DNA from: the human T2T-CHM13v2.0 reference genome, Homo sapiens | DNA: 64,000 bases | Assembly (NCBI RefSeq): GCF_009914755.1 | Contig: NC_060931.1 | Reading direction: 5' to 3' (one strand) | Shown here: one piece after another, positions 44,501-61,916 of the stretch | How positions within the stretch are numbered: the first letter of the stretch is position 1 | How the letters are laid out: each line of letters starts with the position of its first letter | Notes under the pieces: model-generated | Databases searched by the model: none | The model's input: only the letters and a program-made list of their open reading frames with translations | Told to the model about the DNA's origin: nothing | Made by a program: the position numbers and the translations under genes

Positions 44501-46893
44501 TCCTTCCGCAACTGCTGCATCCTGGAGTCACGTTCTCCCTGATCCATCAGTGCCTGACTGAATAGCACCCTACTGCAGTAAGAAGTACCTTTGTCCAGGC
44601 TTCCTGGGTTCTTCTTGTGAGCTCCTGGTGATAAGATAACTCTGTCCTATAATTTTTGTATCCCCCACAGTGCCTCCCATAATGCCTTGTGTTTTGGCAA
44701 AGTAAATTTTGTTTGTAGGAGGTGAAGGAGAAGACCTTTGAGATCACAGGGACAATGAGGTCTGGCTAGACTTCAGAAAGCCCTGACATTCTGAAGGGGA
44801 AGGGCCTAGTGGTTAAGGTGAGAAAGTCTAAAAGCAGGCTGGCTAGAATTAAAAGCAAAACCAAACCAAGCCATTAGCAAGAGAGGCCTTAGGAGAGAGA
44901 ATGGACTATCTCTGAAATGTGATCGGAAGACAGTCTTCGGGGCAGACCAAGCTTAAGAGCTATTGTTTGATATGTAGTAACAAAGCCTTGCTTTCGTTTT
45001 TCCCTGAGCTTATCTTTCCTTGGGGGCATCAGTCCTCTTTGATATTGCTTGTCTTTTATAAGAGCATTTTTGAGACCCTTTATACCTAAAGGTCTAGCAG
45101 CAGAATTGCTGCAAACAGCGTCAACTGGAGCCTCCAGTGTCCTGTCCTTTGTTAAAATCCCATAATGAGTAATTTATCATCCGCAGGGTGGCCGCCCTTA
45201 CTGTTCACTCTGTACTGAGTCCGCCCACTCCCTGCCCCCCACCCCCACCACCGCTGCTTTTGCTTACACCTCGCTGCTGTTCTCCCAGACTTGGCAGGAG
45301 CACTTGGATTCTGTGTGTGCACCTGTTAGTGTGAATGTATGTTTTCCCCACCTTCTTTGTGAATTTTCAGGATTTTCATCTGTTAAATATTTTTGTCTCT
45401 TTTTCCCCCTTTGCGCTTCCTGAGGATGTCAGCCAGGACCCTATTCTGGATTTTTATTTGAGCAACTCGATTTGGCCATTTTTTTTTTTTCCATGAGAGT
45501 AAAAGTCTGAAGAGGCCTCATCTGCTGAGACTGCTTCCCTCCTGTCCCAGGATCTAGCTTGTTTTGGTTTGGGCAGTTTTGTTTAATCCAGTGAGGGTAG
45601 TAGACCTAGACCAGAATAATACTTAAGGTGCAAGGACAGGGGAACCTATGAAGCCCTGCCTGGCTTAGCCCCAAGTTTCCTGTATTAGAACACTCCTGAG
45701 ACCAGTTGAGTGGGGACAAGGAAGCCTTCTCTTCTCTTATAATCTCCACAGGGTTCCTGGAGGCAGAACTGGATTCCCAGGGAGTTAACAGAACATACAG
45801 AGGAGGCACAAAAGCATTGCCACAGGTTACATATTCCTCGCCCATGCCAGCCTTATAGCTCATGGTTGAACTTGACTTCTTCCTGCTTTATTGAGAGATA
45901 CAGAAATAAGAAAATCAAATATTTCTTTTCCTAGAGATGGCTTCCTGAAAGAGAGGGACCCTCTCCATCCCACCACCACTCCACCCTTCTTTGTAGACAC
46001 AAGGAGGACCAGCTGGGCTAGAGACTGTTTTTTGTCACCATATCCTGTTTTTGTTAGTGTTATCAAGAATAGTACTGGGCCTTCATTTTTGCCTTCCCTC
46101 ATGCTTGAAGGATTTGTGTTTTTGTGGGCCCTGGGACCTTGGGGATGGGCTGTAGGTCTAAAACAATGATAAAGTAGGAAGTGGGAAGTGGTCACGTGTC
46201 TGAGTTCCCAGAAGTACCCCCCTCGGCCTACAGGCTGAACACTGAAACTACTGGGATCTGAGCCAGGCTAGAGGAGGCTTCTGGATGGGCAGGCTCTACC
46301 TTTCCTCTCCAGAACTACTGGGATCACAGGATGTTCCTGACTCTCTCTTCCCTGTCTCTTTGGAGATTCTTTTTTTTGGGGGTTGGAGGGGGGTGGTGGG
46401 AGTGGGGACAGAGTCTTGCTGTTGCCCAGGATGGAGTGCAGTGGGGTGATTTTGGCTCACTGTAGCCTCTGCCTCCCAGGTTCAAGCGATACTTGTGCCT
46501 TAGCCTCCTGAGTAGCTGAGATTACAGGCGTGCACTACCATGCCCGGCTAATTTTTGTATTTTTAGTAGAGACAGGTTTTCACCATATTGGCCAGGCTGG
46601 TCTCGAACTCCTGGCCTCAAGTGAGCTGCCTGCCTCGGCCTTCTAAAGTGCTGGGATTACAGGTGTGAGTCACTGTGCCTGGCCTCTCTTTGGAGACTTC
46701 TAATATCTCCAAAATATTCCAAATATTTCCCTTCTTTCCTGGAATTAGGAAGTAGCTTCAGATGGGGGGGTTCTATCTGAGCTTAGTTTATATGCTATTC
46801 TTTCACCCTTTCTCCCTCCTCCTCCTCCTCCCATGAACAGCCTGCCATGCTAACTGCATTATACTTCTCTTTCTTCCTGTTTCTCTCCCATAG

Positions 46894-46987
46894 GAGAGGG
46901 CTGAACCCCCCTCATCGTGTCAAGTCAATCTCCATGACAACTTTCACTGAGCCTGAAGTAGTATTCCTGCAATCCCGTGGAAATGAG
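46894..46987 (+). CDS. AGFG2: AGFG2 exon 2 (RGLNPPHRVKSISMTTFTEPEVVFLQSRGNE); encodes the arginine finger
   Basis: Polypyrimidine tract and catag acceptor; donor GAG|gtgagc; 94 nt. The R at 46895-46897 completes CX2CX16CX2CX4R. Confidence 0.97.
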
Positions 46988-48038
46988 GTGAGCTGCCACC
47001 GATGGAGTGGTGAGAAGGTCACCTATCTGCAGGTGGGGCTTTGCCTCAAGATTGTAGGGAAACCTTACGGTTTTATTTTTGGTTGAGTTTCTCTTAATTT
47101 TTTCATATGTATGATTTCTTTCCTTAGGTATATTTACAGAATCTTTATTCTGTTATACAAATCATGGTTTGTCTAGGCCTCCTTTTCAGGAGTCAGGGGA
47201 AGTAGCAATATCGTTGTAGGATGTGGCACCTGAGCAATGGAGGGGTAGAATGACCAGAGCTCCAGAGCGTGAGCATTCAGAGTTGACTGGGCCAGCCCCT
47301 CTGAGGAAGCTTTCCTGGAGCCAGCTCTGCTGCCTTCAGCCTCGACAACCTGGATTTAAGTGCATATCTTGTACTGGAAAGTGACTTAAACCCCTTCCCT
47401 AGCTAAATCTGCCGATCAGAAGTTGCTATCCTTGGCGTTAGCAGTACCCCAGCTTATGGGTGATTGGTTTACTTAGAGGGTATCCTCAAGGGCCTCTGGA
47501 GGTGTCCTGGAAGCCAGAGCTCTGAAAATTGTCCTGGACCCTACCCTTAGTGAAATTTAATTCTCCATAATTCTCATGGCCCTCTATTTTCCTTTTTCAA
47601 TACATGTCACAAAATGTGATTATAACTTTAGTTTTATTTATCTAAGATATGACTGCCCCATTGGATTATAAACTCTGCGAGGACAGGAATCATATCTGGT
47701 TTGTAGGTAGACCCAGATCCTAGCACTGTGTCCATGCTCAATATTTGTTTATTTATTTATTTATTTATTTATTTATCAGAGACAAGCTCTTGCTTGCTCT
47801 GTCACCCAGGCTGGAGCTTAATGGTGCAATCTTGGCTCACTGCAACCTCAACCTCCTGGGCTCAAACGATCCTCCCACCTCAGCCTCCCAAGTAGCTCGA
47901 ACTATAGGCACATGCCACCATGCTCCACTAATTTTTGTATTTTTTTAGAGAGTGGGTTTCGCTGTGTTGCCCAGACTGCTCTTGAACTCCCGTACTCAAG
48001 TGATCCACCCACCTCGGCCTTTCAAAGTGCTGAGATTA

Positions 48039-48455
<417 letters not shown>

Positions 48456-48467
48456 TCATTCTTTTAG

Positions 48468-48583
48468 GTTTGCCGGAAGATTTGGTTGGGTCTGTTTGAT
48501 GCTCGGACATCTTTAGTACCAGATTCCAGGGATCCTCAGAAAGTGAAGGAGTTTCTCCAGGAAAAATATGAGAAGAAGAGATG
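48468..48583 (+). CDS. AGFG2: AGFG2 exon 3 (VCRKIWLGLFDARTSLVPDSRDPQKVKEFLQEKYEKKRW)
   Basis: cttttag acceptor; donor TG|gtaagg; 116 nt. Matches the C-terminal ArfGAP helix (F-x-x-x-K-Y). Confidence 0.97.
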
Positions 48584-49038
48584 GTAAGGAGTAGGAAAGA
48601 GGTTGCTATGGAAACGTGTTCAAGACATTCTTCATCTGACAGTCCAGTTTCTAGAGTTGAATTTGGCCTTCTCACAAAAGACTAGACTTGGGTCGATTCT
48701 GTTCCACTCACATTCAGTTACGGCTAAAATAAATCTACATGAAAGGACAACTTGTTCTCAGTCACTAACCCTGCAGATTTTATGTCCTCTCTTTTGGAGA
48801 GATAGTAGACTGATTGGAGTCGGGAGGTAGGCCTGTGGGTGTTCATTTTTATAGCTCAGCTGATCTTATGTATGGGGAGAGATGGCTGGAAGCACACATC
48901 CTATAGTTTTATTCCTTTAACCCATCATTTTATGATTTTTTTTTTTTTTTGAGACAAGGTCTCACTCTGTTGCCCAGGCTAGAGTGCAGTGCCACAGTCA
49001 CAGCTTACTGCAGTCTCAGCTTCTTGGAGCTCAGGTGA

Positions 49039-49356
<318 letters not shown>

Positions 49357-49359
49357 TAG

Positions 49360-50566
<1,207 letters not shown>

Positions 50567-51011
50567 ATTTTGTCTTCCTGATGAAGGAAACAGCATCTCC
50601 ATTCTCCCTTACCTTTCCTCTCCCCTGGTATCACTTCTTGTGGGATCTCTGGGGTGTGTACATGTTGGGAGGTAACTGTGAGGTAGAGAAGAGAATGCAG
50701 AGAACAAAGAGATTGATGTGGATAAGACCACACTGTGGAGTCCCTCCTAGGGATGTCCTCAGGATTAAGCTGACACTTACAGAGTAGGGGCCACATACAC
50801 TGTAGTGGAAGGGAATTGTCCCGGCAGGAGCTGGCAGGATGGAAGTGTGGATTGTGAGCACCTAGAGGATGAGGCGGCAGGCAGCTTTTCTATGGAGCTG
50901 AGAAGAAGGAGTCTGAAGAAACACCCAGGAAATAAAAGAGGGGGACCTTTGCCAGGTGTGGTGGCTCATGCCTGTAATCCCAGAACTTTGGAGGCTAAGG
51001 CAGGAGGATCA

Positions 51012-51230
<219 letters not shown>

Positions 51231-51428
51231 TCAAAAAAACCAAAAGATGTTCAAGGGGATGCTCAAGATAGGCAGAACTTTGCTAAGTTGCTCGGTTCCC
51301 TTCAAAAAAGGGAATCAGTAGAGAAAAATGAGCATAGATTTTGACTCCTGTGTCTTCCCAAACATCTCAGCTGAGCGTGGTCCAAAGTTTTATCCCTCTC
51401 TTTACAGCCTAACTATTCTTTCTCAAAG

Positions 51429-51582
51429 GTATGTCCCCCCAGACCAAGTCAAGGGGCCCACTTATACCAAAGGCAGTGCCTCCACCCCTGTGCAGGGCTC
51501 CATCCCAGAAGGGAAGCCCCTTCGGACACTTCTGGGTGATCCTGCACCGTCTCTCTCAGTTGCTGCCTCCACCTCGAGCCAG
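51429..51582 (+). CDS. AGFG2: AGFG2 exon 4 (YVPPDQVKG...STSSQ)
   Basis: Acceptor ttctcaaag with cctaac branch-like motif; donor CAG|gtaact; 154 nt. TG|G restores Trp. Confidence 0.93.
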
Positions 51583-52174
51583 GTAACTCTCAGATCTGCT
51601 CGTCATGTTTCTTTTGAGATTTGGGAGACAGGAGTGTCAGTTTCCTGAATCAGATTCCCCGGACTTAGCAGACAACAGTGCAGGAGCTGTGAGTTGGGTC
51701 TCGGCTCTGCTGTTAACCTGTATCTTGTATTTGTCACTTCTGGACCTCATATCTTTTGGAAGTCAGAACCTAACAGGAAGTGGTATTTAGGAAAGTCAGA
51801 ATATCAGCTCCAAACCTGAGCATTCCATCAAAGAAACACAGAAGGGGCTGGAATATGGTGTCCAATACCTGGGAAGGTTGAGGAGTAACAGCCCTGGGGG
51901 CAGTATTGGGCAGTATTCCTGTATATCTCAGGGTTACCTTGGCTCATGTGCTGTAAAATGTGTGGTTCTTGGAGCAGGTGTACTGAGAAGATGAGGATGA
52001 TATGAGCTCTGAGAGGGGCTAAGGCAGCTCCTGCCCAGGAATCTTCTAGGTTGAGGGCAGTTACTCACTGTCTTCTCTCTCTACCTGCCTATCTGAGGGC
52101 AACCTGGGGAGCCAGAGGAGGGCCTGGGGCATGTCTGGGATTCTAAGGGCTGTATGCATTCCTTCTCCTCCAAG

Positions 52175-52340
52175 CCCGTCAGTCAGTCTCACGCTCGGAC
52201 ATCCCAGGCCCGGAGCACTCAGCCACCTCCCCACTCCTCTGTCAAAAAAGCCAGTACTGACCTGCTGGCTGACATCGGTGGAGACCCCTTTGCTGCACCC
52301 CAGATGGCACCAGCTTTTGCTGCATTCCCTGCCTTTGGGG
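52175..52340 (+). CDS. AGFG2: AGFG2 exon 5 (PVSQSH...DLLADIGGDPFAA...AFG)
   Basis: Acceptor ctcctccaag; donor G|gtaagt; 166 nt. Contains DLL and DPF endocytic motifs. Confidence 0.93.
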
Positions 52341-52754
52341 GTAAGTGGGTTTTGGGATGGGACCCTCCCTACAGCGTATATGCTTACAACATGAGAGATC
52401 CAGTCCCTGGAGGTAACCATGGCTCTAGATCTTCTCATGCAAACAAATGTGAGGGTCACTCTGAAGCAGTGAGGCTGGGAGGACTGGGGTCAAATAAGTA
52501 CAGCCAGGATTATGTTTGGGGGTTTGATCCTAAAACATTATAGTTGAGGGCTCCTAGCACTTCCTTTTAGAACACTGGAAATAGCCTTTTTTATTATTTT
52601 CTGTCTCTGTTAAAATGGGAGGAGGGGGATTATCATGTGTTCCAGTTCACCAAAGATTATTCTTCCCCCAAATCAGCAATAGCCAGTAGAGGGTTCAGCA
52701 GCATAGAATCTGTTTTCCCTTTTTAAAAATTTTCAAGCCAGACACAGTGGCTCA

Positions 52755-53288
<534 letters not shown>

Positions 53289-53692
53289 CTATATTACATG
53301 GATAGGCATATACATTTTCTTTTCTTTTTCTGTTGTGTGTGTGTGGTTTTTTTTTTTTTTTTTTTTTTTTTTTTGAGTCAGAGTCTCATTCTGTCACCCA
53401 GGCTAGAGTAGAGTGGCACAATCTCGGCTCACTGCTAGCTCCACCTCCCAGGTTTAAGCAATTCTCATGCCTCAGCCTCCAAGGTAGCTGGGATTACAGG
53501 CATGTACCACCACGCCCAGCTAATTTTTATATTTTTAGTAGAGACAGATTTCACCATGTTGACCAGGCTGGTCTTGAACTTCTGACCTCAAGTGATCTGC
53601 CCACCTCGGCCTCCCAAAGTGCTGGAATTACAGGCGTGAGCTACCACACCCGACAATTTTCTATATAACCTTTATGTTTCTTCCACCTACAG

Positions 53693-53818
53693 GCCAGACA
53701 CCTTCCCAAGGAGGCTTTGCCAACTTTGATGCCTTTAGCAGTGGCCCCAGCTCTTCTGTGTTTGGAAGCCTCCCTCCAGCTGGTCAAGCCTCGTTCCAGG
53801 CCCAGCCAACTCCTGCAG
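53693..53818 (+). CDS. AGFG2: AGFG2 exon 6 (QTPSQGGFANFDAF...QPTPA)
   Basis: Acceptor cctacag; donor CAG|gtaaac; 126 nt, phase 1-1. Confidence 0.95.
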
Positions 53819-54283
53819 GTAAACTCTGCCCCACTGGCTTCCTTTCTCTTCCAACCGTGTCCATTTGTTCATGTCTATAAATCACCATTCATATCCTCAC
53901 TATCCTAAAGAACTGCTCAAAGCAGCAAAGCACAAAGAGAAGCAGCTCCAGGAGAGGATGAGCGTGTCTGACACATTCTTGTCAGGGAGAGGGGGCTCTA
54001 CTGTTCTGCTTTTTCATGAAAGGAAAATGACTAAGATTGCAGCAGGAGCTGTGTGGGTTATACACTAGGAAACTTTTCACTAGGAAGTATGGAAGACCTG
54101 AGTCCTAGAAAAATTGAAAATGGACGTGACTTTTTCTCTAAGGTGCTCTTGTCTGCATAGTACGCTGTCCCAAAGGGTCAAGGGTCAAGGTAGTCTCCAG
54201 AAGTCCTCATCCATCCCTCTAAGACCAAAGGCCTGTAAACTCTATGTTGCTGCCAGCCACAATGGCTCACGCCTGCAATCCTA

Positions 54284-54436
<153 letters not shown>

Positions 54437-54676
54437 TTATTTAGCCATTGCAAGAGACTCTTCAGGCCTTCTTAAAGCATTCTGCTCCTTCCTAAGCTCT
54501 ACACATTGAGTCTTCATAGCCTTTGGGTGCCTTCTGCCATTGGACATCCTGGACACATGGGAGGGCAGCTGCAGTGCTCGCCGTCAGGCTCAGATGTCTG
54601 GGGAAAAGCCAGTGACATACACTCTTTCTTTCTCCCTTCCTCTACCCACCCTTCTCTTCTCCACCCTCACTGCCAG

Positions 54677-54709
54677 CCAGTCGGATGCTAACTGAAAGTT
54701 ACAGCTTTG
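54677..54709 (+). CDS. AGFG2: Candidate 33-nt alternative cassette microexon (A-SRMLTESYSF-G)
   Basis: About 50-nt AG-free polypyrimidine tract ending ctcactgccag; donor TTG|gtaagt. Phase 1-1 like the flanking junction, with no stop. Not needed for the 481-aa product. Confidence 0.75.
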
Positions 54710-55319
54710 GTAAGTTATTATCCCCACCCCAGAGCCTACCCAAGTGCCTCTGATCATAGAGTTTTGAGGGCTGGAAGGAACCCTTAAAATTTGGCCATTT
54801 GACAGATAAGGCAGTTAAGCAATTTCCCTAGTCATGCAGGCCACAGAGCGACCAAGCTGAGACCAGAGCCCAGACTTCTTGACTCATGCTCTGCCCACAG
54901 CCTTCTCACTGTGCCACTGTGAGCTGATTAGCTGCTTTTGTTTTTATTTTATCGTTTTGGAGGGCTATAAGAAGAAACATTTTATATTGATAAAAGTTGG
55001 CTGGGCGTGGTGGCTCACATCTGTGATGCCAGCACTTTGGGAGGCCCAGGTGGGCAGATCACCTGAGGTCAGGAGTTTGACATAAGCCTGGCCAACATGG
55101 TGAAACACCGTCTCTACTCAAAATACAAAAATTAGCTGGGCATGGTGGCAGGCACCTGTAATCCCAGCTACTCAGGGGACTGAGGCAGGAGAATCACTTG
55201 AACCTGGGAGACAGAGGCTGCAGCGAGCCGAGATCCTGCCACTGCACTCCAGCCTGAGTGACAGAGTAAGACTCTTGTCTCAAAAAAAAAAAAAAAAGTT
55301 AAAATTCACAAAGAGGTTC

Positions 55320-56480
<1,161 letters not shown>

Positions 56481-57033
56481 TCGATTTAGTAAGAAAGGTG
56501 TGCTCCTAGGAATGGGAGCACTCGAGGAAACAGCCTATATAAAGTTGTTATAGATGCGTCCCTTCTGAAATGCCTTCCCAGTACAATTGATTGCTCTAAA
56601 GACAGAGTTTTTTTTGTTTTTGTTTTTGTTTTTTTTTTTTTTTAGACGGAGTCTCACTCTGTCACCCAGGCTGGGGTGTAGTGGCACAATCTCGGCTCAC
56701 TGCAAACTCCGCCTCTCGGGTTCACGCTATTCTCCTGCCTCAGCCTCCTGAGTAGCTGGGGCCACAGGCACCCGCCACCACACCTGGCTAATTTTTTGTA
56801 TTTTTAGTAGAGACAGGGTTTCACCGTAAAGACAGTTTTTGGGGCAGACTCAGAGAGAAGGAAGGGCTCAGCTCCACGGATGTCCCAAGCATTAAACCTT
56901 TTGTCCACTATCTGGCTGTCTCAAAAAGCAGTCAGTCACTGGGCGCAGTGGCTCATACCTGTAATCCCGGCACTTTGGGAGGCTGAGTGGGGTGCATCAT
57001 TTGAGGTCAGAAGTTTGAAACCAGCCTGGCCTA

Positions 57034-57228
<195 letters not shown>

Positions 57229-58103
57229 TCAATCTACAGCCAAACCCAGAGCCAAGGAACATTTCCGAGGATCCTGCCATTGTTGGGTGCCTTCATGCAT
57301 TATGTCCATGAGGAAGGAAAGAGCTTCCCTTTGCAGGAAACTGGCTCAACTTGGCCCAGATCTAATGCTGATAATTGGCAGAACCGCTTCCCACTACACC
57401 ATGATCATGCAGGTGTTCCCGTGAGTGTGACTTAGCTGTTGGGTGTGAACTGAGAGAGGAGATTTTGAGAGGTGGGTGTCTCTTCTGACAAACCTGCTTT
57501 TATTTTTATATTTCTGAGGGGGAGTATGGAGAGAGGGGTTTTCAAAACTGCTTCTCTCCCTCAAACTGTGATAAGGCAGGGTAGAAATCTAGCTGCGTGG
57601 TATAAGAAGCGCATGAAGGCCGGGTGTGGTGGCTCATGCCTGTAATCCCATCACTTGGGGAGGCTGAGGTGGGCAGATCACCTGAGCTCAGGAGTTTGAG
57701 ACCAGCCTGGGCAACATGGCAAAACTTCATTTCTACCAAAAATACAAATAATTAGCTGGCCATAGTGGTGCGTGCCTGTAGTCCCAGCTACTCAGGAGGC
57801 TAAGGTGGGAGAATCAGCTGAGCCCTGAAGGTCGAGGCTGCAGTGAGCTGAGATCATGCCACTGCACTCCAGCCTGGGCAATTGGAATGAGACCCTGTCT
57901 CAAAAAAAAAAAAAAAAAGTGCATGAAATGAAAAGCAAACAGGAGTGCAGGTGTTTCTTGGGCCACCGCCTCCTTTGTGAGAATGCACCCTCTGTGCAAA
58001 GGGCCAACCCTGCCTGGGCTAGGGATGGTTCTGCCCCCTAGTGTCCACAGGGAGGCACAGCATGGCCTGCAGCCTCTCTCCCAGCCTGGTCCTCACTGGG
58101 TGA

Positions 58104-58640
<537 letters not shown>

Positions 58641-58817
58641 TAGCCTTGCCCAGGAGGAAGCTGGCAGCCAGCACTCATTCATCTAGAAAGCCCAGGCATT
58701 TAGGAAGGAGGTGGCAAAGGAGAGCACTGTCTTACAAGTGCCGACACTCAGTGAGAGGGAGCGGGGCTTCAGGACCTGGCAGCAGGTAGGCACTGGGCAC
58801 TTCGTCTTCCCTACTAG

Positions 58818-59018
<201 letters not shown>

Positions 59019-59228
59019 TGAGTAGTTGGAACTACAGGCACCCGCCACCATGCCTGGCTAATTTTTTTTTTTTTTGTATTTTTAGTAGAGACGGGGTTTC
59101 ACCGTGTCAGCCAGGTTGGTCTTGATCTCCTGACCTCGTGATCCGCCCTCCTCGGCCTCCCAAAGTGCTAGGATTACAGGCATGAGCCACCACACCTGGC
59201 CAGATCTCCCTTTTTTTTTTTTTTTTGA

Positions 59229-59582
<354 letters not shown>

Positions 59583-60341
59583 TAGAGACGAGACTTTGAT
59601 GTGCAGACAGGAGGCTTTCTTAAAATGACAGGGACTCAGCCTCTTCCCCTGAGACAAGATTGCTTGGAATTTCCAGGACTCTTGGCCCTCAGCTGTTTTG
59701 TAAGATTTCCATGTGGGCCTTGCCCTCTGTGCTTTTTCTTTTTGGCTCTGAAGAAGAGGCAGGGCAGGAGAACCCCGCAGCGGGGCTGGCCCCATGAACA
59801 GTGCCTCCAGGCTCAGGGCACTGGGGCGGCCTCCCGAGAAGCAGCGGCTAAATGGGGAAGGGACAGTGCTGATAGCTGGAGGCTGCACAGGCCAGGAGCC
59901 TCCTGAGTGTGATGGGACTTGCTGTCCTCCATGGTGCCTCTGCCTGCCCCTCCCTGCCATGTTCTGATAAATGGAAATGCGGGCTTGAGGAAAGGACAGG
60001 CTTTTCCATCTCTTGAGGGAAAAGTGGGACATGAAAGCCAAACTGGAGCAGGAGGAGGACAGCCTGACCTGGGGACGAGCTGCTTTCCTCTCCGCAGCGC
60101 AGCTTTGAGCGCAGGGGACACGGAGAAGGGCTGGGCTGTCACCTTGCCCAGAACTCTTGGTGGGAGACAAGACCTCCTGAACTGGGTGGTCCCTGAGAAA
60201 ATGGGCTGCCTCAGAGAACCCAGCAGGCACCTGTCATGCCATGACTCCAATCCATCACCACCACCACCTCCATCTGCTCTCCTGCCCCTCCCGCCCTGTC
60301 TTACCTCAGCTCTCCCTGTTGTATTTTCCACAACTGCCCAG

Positions 60342-60462
60342 GGAGCAGCCAGGGGACTCCATTTGGTGCCACTCCCCTGGCACCCGCCAGTCAGCCAAAC
60401 AGCCTCGCAGACGTGGGCAGCTTCCTGGGACCCGGGGTGCCCGCTGCAGGTGTTCCTAGCAG
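60342..60462 (+). CDS. AGFG2: AGFG2 exon 7 (SSQGTPFG...GVPS)
   Basis: Acceptor ctgcccag; donor AG|gtaggt; 121 nt. Confidence 0.93.
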
Positions 60463-60676
60463 GTAGGTACAGACAGTGGGCAGTCTGCTGTAGGGCAGGA
60501 GAGCCGCCCGAAGCCTGGCCATGTTCCTCCCAGCCCCATCGGCATCTCCTGGCAGTTCTCCCCTCCCCTCCTCTCCCTTACTCACCCTGGAGAGCAGGGT
60601 TGGCATCTCCTGGCCCCTTGCTCAGGTTTGATTGGCCCTGGCAGCTGTGTATGACTTCTCTCTCCCCGTGTTGTAG

Positions 60677-60765
60677 CCTCTTCGGGATGGCTGGCCAGGT
60701 CCCCCCGCTCCAGTCTGTCACGATGGGCGGCGGCGGCGGCAGCAGCACAGGGCTGGCCTTTGGAG
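60677..60765 (+). CDS. AGFG2: AGFG2 exon 8 (LFGMAGQ...MGGGGGSSTGLAFG)
   Basis: Acceptor gttgtag; donor GAG|gtgagt; 89 nt. Contains (GGC)5. Confidence 0.94.
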
Positions 60766-60945
60766 GTGAGTCCTGCCTGTGGAGACCCAGGGGAGGGGAC
60801 CTGAGGCCAGGAGGAGTCTAAGGACTCTGGACAGGGTGGGAAGGGGAGAGATTGAGAGGAATGCTCAGGCATCACAGGATGAAGCACGTGAGAAAAAAAG
60901 TAACCATCTCTCTCTTTCCTGCCGCTCCCCATTCCACCTGGGCAG

Positions 60946-61029
60946 CCTTCACTAACCCTTTCACAGCTCCCGCCGCCCAGTCCCCGCTGCCTTCCACCAA
61001 CCCGTTCCAGCCCAATGGCTTGGCGCCAG
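60946..61029 (+). CDS. AGFG2: AGFG2 exon 9 (FTNPF...STNPFQPNGLAP); two NPF motifs
   Basis: Acceptor ctgggcag after a pyrimidine tract; donor CAG|gtaagc; 84 nt, phase 1-1. Confidence 0.94.
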
Positions 61030-61549
61030 GTAAGCCTCCAGCATGGTCCCTTGTCCTGACCATCTGAGACTTCCAAGGCACACATTACCCTGCAGCCTCT
61101 CCCTTAACCCTTTGTCTCACGCTGTCAGGAGAAGCAGACAGCCTGGTTCTTCCCCTGCCCACACGGTGCCAGGCCACCTAGCACCCAGGTCACAGAGCCA
61201 GATTTTAGAATTAGAAGCACACAGGTGGCTACTTACCGGAGACCGCACTGAAGACTGTTTTAGAGTTGACTGACAGTGGCAGCGATTCTCCTGTCTCCAG
61301 CCCTCAGCAGTGTCCCTTTGGGCACCCAGCCCCAGTCCCTTCTGTGTCCCGAAGCTTAAGCCACCTGAAACACTCACGCTGTTCCCTGCTTCCATCAACT
61401 CCAGGCCTGTTGTCTTCTCTCACCCTGGCCCTCCCCAGCCTCTGCTGCTCTCCCCTCAGACTCATGCTGGCTGAAGCCTTGAGGCTGGGGAGAGAGGAAT
61501 AAGAGCAAACACAGAAGAGCTGTGTGGTGGGCCCAGTGCTGAGGGCTTC

Positions 61550-61690
61550 GTGGCCCTGATTTGATCTTCACAGTAGCCCTATGAGACGGACTGTCCCCAT
61601 TTTAGAGATGAGAACTGAAGCACAGACAGCGTTAGAAGTTTGTGCTGTTTTTGCAGTTTAGTGGGAGGCTAGCCCAGTCCTGCACCGCGC
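61550..61690. mobile_element. MIR in AGFG2 intron 9
   Basis: ccccattttagagatgagaactgaagcacaga MIR core. Confidence 0.7.
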
Positions 61691-61916
61691 CCGTGCCTGG
61701 AACTACCATGCCCTCCCTGCCACGTACCCCCGGGCAGGGAGAGGGCAGGGTTGTTTGGTGGTGTGAGAAGCAGAAGAGTTCCATGGCTGGGTCCCTCGTT
61801 CCTCATGTCAGGAAAAAACTATATCCCATTTTCCCATCTTGGAGGGACTTAGGAAAAACAGTTCTCCAGCCCACCTTCCAGAAGTTCACCTGAGCCTCCC
61901 GTCTTTCACTCCATAG

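Noticed and set aside
59919-60821. 300-aa ORF crossing exons 7-8
   Set aside because: GC-rich intron plus out-of-frame exon 7, joining the true frame only in exon 8; no recognisable domain or promoter.
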